Below are positions 58,801 through 64,000 of a DNA stretch of 64,000 nt, piece after piece. The DNA comes from Lytechinus pictus (taxonomy: Eukaryota), in contig NC_087245.1 in the NCBI RefSeq assembly GCF_037042905.1, positions 8,992,001 to 9,056,000 of the forward strand, given 5' to 3'. The number at the start of each line of letters is the position of its first letter. The first letter of the stretch is position 1. Both the position numbers and the translations under genes were made by a program. Below the pieces are notes generated by a model. The model searched no databases, was not told where the DNA came from, and saw only the letters and a list, made by a program, of their open reading frames with translations.

Positions 58801-59819
58801 CCCCCCCCCCCCTTGAGAGCCATAATTGTAATGCAAATATACCGTTTTAACCCAAGTGTGCCCCCCCCCCCTTGGAAAATCCTGGATCCGCCCCTCCGAG
58901 AAGGCATCTCTAAGTTTGCTCCTGTGTTGACACGCTTTCGTCTCGACCTTGTTAATATAGGAACCTTTCAAAATAGCCATAAGTTCTGATTTGGATTCCC
59001 TGTATAAAAATGAATGCTGTTAGATTTCCCTGATCCGAGAGGTTATATATAGAACACGCTTATAAAATGTCTCACTTTTCGTTTGAAAATAGATTTATCC
59101 CACTAAATGTATTTGTGTTTATATCTCGACTCTATATATTTCATTCAATTACATTTCTCGTGCTCATTGGTCTTATTCCACAGACTAAATAACACTAGAT
59201 TGAACATGTTGAATGGCACACAGCTTGCAGTTCAGAAAGATCAAATTCAAATTGTAATTGTGTGGTTCATACATAATGAATCCCCAACGGTTTCCTTACT
59301 GTTTGAGACCTCAAGCAGTCCTTAATAATTTCTCCCTTTTTCTGTGGTATATCCACCAAAGTATAGTATACCATATATTATCCAGTGACGGTAGTGACCT
59401 GATATTAGAAGAAATCCAAAGGCCCAGTTTGCACGAAGTTCTTATATTAAGGGAGACTTTATAGCAAAGGTACGGCGAATAAAATCTGATATTACGTCCC
59501 TGATTTTGGAAGGATTCTGTGAAATTACTTCAATATCTAATCATATCGTAATCATAATTACGAACCGGATGACTGAGACTTGGTGCATTCCCAGGTGAGG
59601 TGCATTTTAATTATTGTAATGCATGTATACAATTTGCAGTGCAAGTTTTATGTCGACTTGGCGAGCTAGATGGTGAGATAATTTTTCTTGTCAATTCTAC
59701 TTCATAGCCTTATTATGTCGACTCATTATGGCGACATAAAGAATATTACCAGTCAACTTCTCACTGCTTGTCATCTTGTCGACTTAGGACATCTTGCCTA
59801 GTACGATCGGTTATATCCG

Positions 59820-59950
59820 TAAGTCGAACAAATTCACTTAGAAGTCAATTTGGCAAGGCATATCATATCTCTATGTCGACAAATTTATTTAGAAGTCAAT
59901 TTGACAAGGCATATCATATCTCTTTGTCGACAAATTTGTTTAGAAGTCGA
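59820..59950. repeat. About 2.5 copies of a 51-bp tandem repeat within a GTCGAC-rich repeat element
   Basis: TTAGAAGTCAATTTG(G/A)CAAGGCATATCATATCTCT is repeated. Confidence 0.7.
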
Positions 59951-60478
59951 CTTTGCATTGCAGCAACATGCAACTTTTTAGAAGTCGACTTGGCAGCGTA
60001 TTAAGACTGAAAATGTTGATATTAAGTCGACGTGATAAAGCTATTGAGTCAACTTCGAAAGGTATTATATATGGCCATCTCGTATATGACTAGATAATAT
60101 TTTGAGCCTTCAGTATTAAAGTGAGTGGCACTTTATTTTCAGTGACCCATGTACTGATTTCTGAAGTCACCATGTACTAAATTCTGAAGTCACCATCAAA
60201 AGGTTTGCTTGATTTGACTATTGATCAATTTCAAAGACACGACTTCCCAAACCTCGTAAAATTGGTGCACTCATACTGTTATATATATTTGGGGATGGAT
60301 AGAACGATTGTGATGGTGTGTTCCTGTGTGTTTTATATTTTTTTTAATGAAATGAACTAAAACTAAGAAGGCGATGTAATCTTTATTTGACATAACCTAT
60401 ACAAGCATTTGTTTACGTTTCGGAAAGTATTGGAAGTTAGCTTAACCAAATCGTCTCGGAAATGATAGTTTATCTCAC

Positions 60479-61910
60479 CAGGCGCCTAGCAAGGGGGGCG
60501 GTGGGGGCGGTCGCCTCCTCCTCCCCCCCCCCCAAAAAAAAAAAAAAAAAAAAACGCCCCCAAAAAGAAGAGAAAAAGGAGAAAAGGAAAAAAGTGAAAG
60601 GAGAAAAGAGAAGAAAAGTATAGTTTAGTTGTTTTTTGCTTTTTTTGTCATAAGATTAAAAAACCAAAACGAAACGTTCATCTTCTCTCGTCATACAACA
60701 TTTTGCTTCCGCGCTCCGCGCGGGAAAAATATCAAAATTGCCTTTCCCTTTTGTTTCCCACACCTTTTTTCTACTCTGTTTCCCCCCTTCCCGGCTGTGG
60801 GAGTCGTATATTCTTGCCAGAAATTATAAATTATACATGGGTGTAAGGAGTATACTATGAAAAGTATTTGTTTTTATTGCATTGACACAAAATATCGGCT
60901 CTTCTGTTCGGAGCGGGTAAACATTACCGTCACTTCCCGACTCCCCAAATATTTTTTTTCCGGCGCTTTTAAGCAAATAGTTTTTTGGCAAAGTATATCT
61001 GCTCAAAAGGGGATGCATTAAATTCGTGCCGTGCTATGTGCAAAAGTATGTACGATATGAAACTTTATTCTATATCGTTGCACACCCATCTCCTGTCTTG
61101 TTTTGTGCCATTGATTTAAAATGTTTAATATCACTGTAATTTCTTAATCAAACAAAAGGAAACACTTGATATGAGCGAAATTACACAATTTTATTTCTTC
61201 CAAAATAAATCACAAAGGTTTCCGTGCTTCGCGAGCATGGGAAGGGAAAATTAAGTCCCTCTTCTAGCTTGCATCATCCCTTTCACATTTTGAGCTCGTT
61301 TGTCTTCTTAATCGAGTTATAGTCTAAGAAATGTCAAAATTATAACAGATTAAAGTTTCAGAGAAATTTCTAAAATTCAGAGTTTCAACGCCATTCGCGG
61401 GAAGGAATTAAGGAATAGGACCTATTTCCTACCTGCATATACCCGTCTTCTACTCTGTTTTGCGACTTAAGTTAACTTCAGTTAACGAAATTTAAATCTG
61501 ATGTGACCAAGGTAGGCATTTTATACCACTTCTGTTCTAAATTTTTATAAAACGTTTTAGCTTCCGCGCTTCGCGCACGCTTCGCACACGCTTCGCACGG
61601 TAAGAGGAATTATGTCAAATTCTTAAATCTTATTTTAAATCTTCAAGCTCATAATTTCTTTTGAAAACAACTTTTTTTTGTAATCACAGCAATTCAATTG
61701 AATTCGAGTTGATAAAGGCAAAAGACGCCTTCTTTTAATTTTAATTTGATGATATATCAAAAACTTCGCGCTCCGCGCGGGAGGGGAAAACCTCCCCCCC
61801 CCCTCCCTGCACCCTCCCCCTAGTGAGCGCGCTTCGCGCGCTCTGTAAGTGTTGGCACGCTTCGCGTGCACTTACCGCCCCTCCAAAATGAAATCCTGGC
61901 TACGAGGTTG
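60479..61910. mobile_element. hAT-like non-autonomous element
   Basis: Perfect 8-bp TSD TATCTCAC (60471-60478, 61911-61918); termini CAGGCGCCTAGC / GCTACGAGGTTG. Confidence 0.75.
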
Positions 61911-63271
61911 TATCTCACCATTTTTACCAACGATAGTTATGTTCTTATAAAAAATATATGCATGCCAGCTGAACATCTAGGTATTCTTCATTATTCAACA
62001 ACAATCATACAACCTTTTTACCCTCTTAGTTTATTGTTTCCGATGCGGAATATATAGTACATAATTTTCTTTTGAACTTTGGTCTTAGGATTATACATGC
62101 CTTATCACTTCCTCAGCCCTTGCCGTAAACTCATTCAGATACCTTTGGACATGATAGTTTGTCAATCGCCGTCACCAACTGCGATTGTATTACAAAATTC
62201 ACGCATATATAATTAGAAATCAAGCAGGACTTTATGTAATAAACAACCCAATTCTCGCCGTACGCAAGATATTTTTAGAGAGGCAATATTCCTTCGATTT
62301 GGCGGAAAAGCATCGAGGATCATTACTCCGATTTAATCTTAGATACCTTGTAGTTTTTTTGGCTTATTTAAGTTTTACTTTAAATAATGAATTATTTTGT
62401 GCACTTTTTTGTTTTATGAAAAAAAATAAAGCAAAATAGTAAGGTATGAAAATTTACTCTGGAACAAACAATAGGGTAAAGTTATCAATACACCGCTGCG
62501 TTCTTCATTGAGCTCTATGTAAAGCGCCATTAACGCCCCTCCTCGACACCACTGAGTATTCCAGTTTCTACGTTACCATTTTTGCTCCTCCTCCATATCC
62601 AGATAATATTTTGACCATGTCTGATCAAACTGAAAGAATCTAGAGAACAAAAACAATTGTATTGAAAACAAAGAATATTATTTTTTTGTAAAATCGTCAT
62701 TTCTTATCATAAAAAAAATCAGACATGTTTAGCCTTGTGATATCTAGTAGAATGAAAGTGCATTCTAAAGTGTAAATAAACCTTATTTACGGAAGGTAGA
62801 ATGTAGTGGTCATTTCCCTTGCACACCACTGTCACTGGAAAATCGCTCATGGAAATCGTACGGTTTTTCCCCAAAACGATATTTTATTAATTGATACATA
62901 TACATGAACTCAGTGAACTCAATTGTAACCCACCCATGATGGGATTTTGGAAACTTTTTTTTCAAATAAATGAATATTATTTTTTTCTCTTAAGATTCAA
63001 CATTTTAGTTATTTGCTGGTGAACTCGGTGTCAAATTAGTTACATGTACATGTAGCTTCTTTTTTCTATGCTCATTGATATTTGTGGGCTGTAATAAAAA
63101 ATGTAATTTTTATTACATTATAGTATAATAAGCACTCTATCAACTGCACCATGAGACTACGGGAAATATTTCATAATACAAGCGATGACGCCACAAATAA
63201 GACTTTAGATACTCTGACGGCGTATGATGATAAACATCCACAGCCGAAATTTGATAGGAATTGATTCACAT

Positions 63272-64000
63272 CATAGGCGGATCAAGGGGGCCTGAGGGGC
63301 CCGCCCCCCCCCCCCCCCCGCCCCTATTGGCTGAGCAAAAAAAAAGAAAAAAGTGGAAAGAAACAAAAATAAAGGAAAAGAGAGGAGAAAAAAGAAGGAG
63401 AAACATAAAAGGAGGAAGACGAGTGAACAAAATAAGATGAGGGGAAGACATTATTTGGCATAGTATATCTGCTCAAAAGGGGAAAATAATTTTAGAAATC
63501 TTTCATGTCACTACACAGTATAAAATTTTCTCTCGCGCTACGCGCTCGCATTGCCTTTCAAATGATTTATATATCTTGCTCAATATGGAGCTTAAATATC
63601 AAATTTAGAAGTCAATATACAAAACATATTTCAGCTCAGAAATCGAACTTTCAAAATTTTGTTTGATTTACAAATTTATTTTTAAAAAGTGCTCTGTAAA
63701 AATGTACGTTTTATCTTCTGAATATTAACATTTTCTGCTCGCGCTGCGCGCTCGCATAATTTGATTTGTCAGGTACCTATTATTTTCTTGTATTCTATCT
63801 CTAGTAGGTCCATGATTCCATAAAGTTCTCAAAAATATCCCTATTCAGGTCAAATTGTCAAAACGTAACAACTAGCGCTGCACGCTCGCATTTTGATTGG
63901 TGATTTGATATGTAATGTATATCTCAATGTTAATTATATAACAAACTACTTAAAAATCCTCATTTCATGACAGTTCATCAAAAAAATCGGCTCGCGATTT
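63272..64000 (+). mobile_element. CATAGGCGGATC-family repeat, running off the window end; paralog of 52451-54660
   Basis: Colinear similarity with 52451-52935 and with 53859 onward. Confidence 0.7.

Noticed and set aside
38286..64000. Protein-coding genes among the short ORFs downstream of the receptor
   Set aside because: I found no recognisable domains or consistent exon chains, and most ORFs overlap repeats or low-complexity DNA. Small exons could have been missed.

Overview
AT-rich, intron-containing animal genomic DNA. The repeat content (TU-like foldback, Helentron-type MITE) suggests a sea urchin or other echinoderm, which is an inference. One real gene dominates the window: a + strand GRL101-type leucine-rich-repeat GPCR, which I traced by hand through 22 GT-AG exons from 5671 to the stop at 38285. 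It has 11 LDLa modules, an LRR N-cap, 7 short LRR exons, a 7TM domain and a C-tail, about 1090 codons in all; its 5' signal-peptide exon was not located. A frameshifted two-exon rhodopsin-like GPCR pseudogene lies on the - strand at 1381-2916. The introns and the gene-free 3' 25 kb are packed with nested mobile elements. These include: (1) a Penelope-like GIY-YIG retroelement bracketed by inverted arms, each with an identical intact type I hammerhead ribozyme; (2) a non-autonomous AcademH-like transposon carrying a RecQ-helicase fragment with a 9-bp TSD; (3) a 1.2-kb foldback with degenerate hammerhead cores; (4) a recent 4.53-kb tandem duplication with a 5-bp microhomology junction; (5) a 3.9-kb TU/Mutator-like foldback with G-rich minisatellite arms; (6) a young LINE with an open APE-RT frame; and (7) many MITEs. 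Most short ORFs in the supplied track are spurious.
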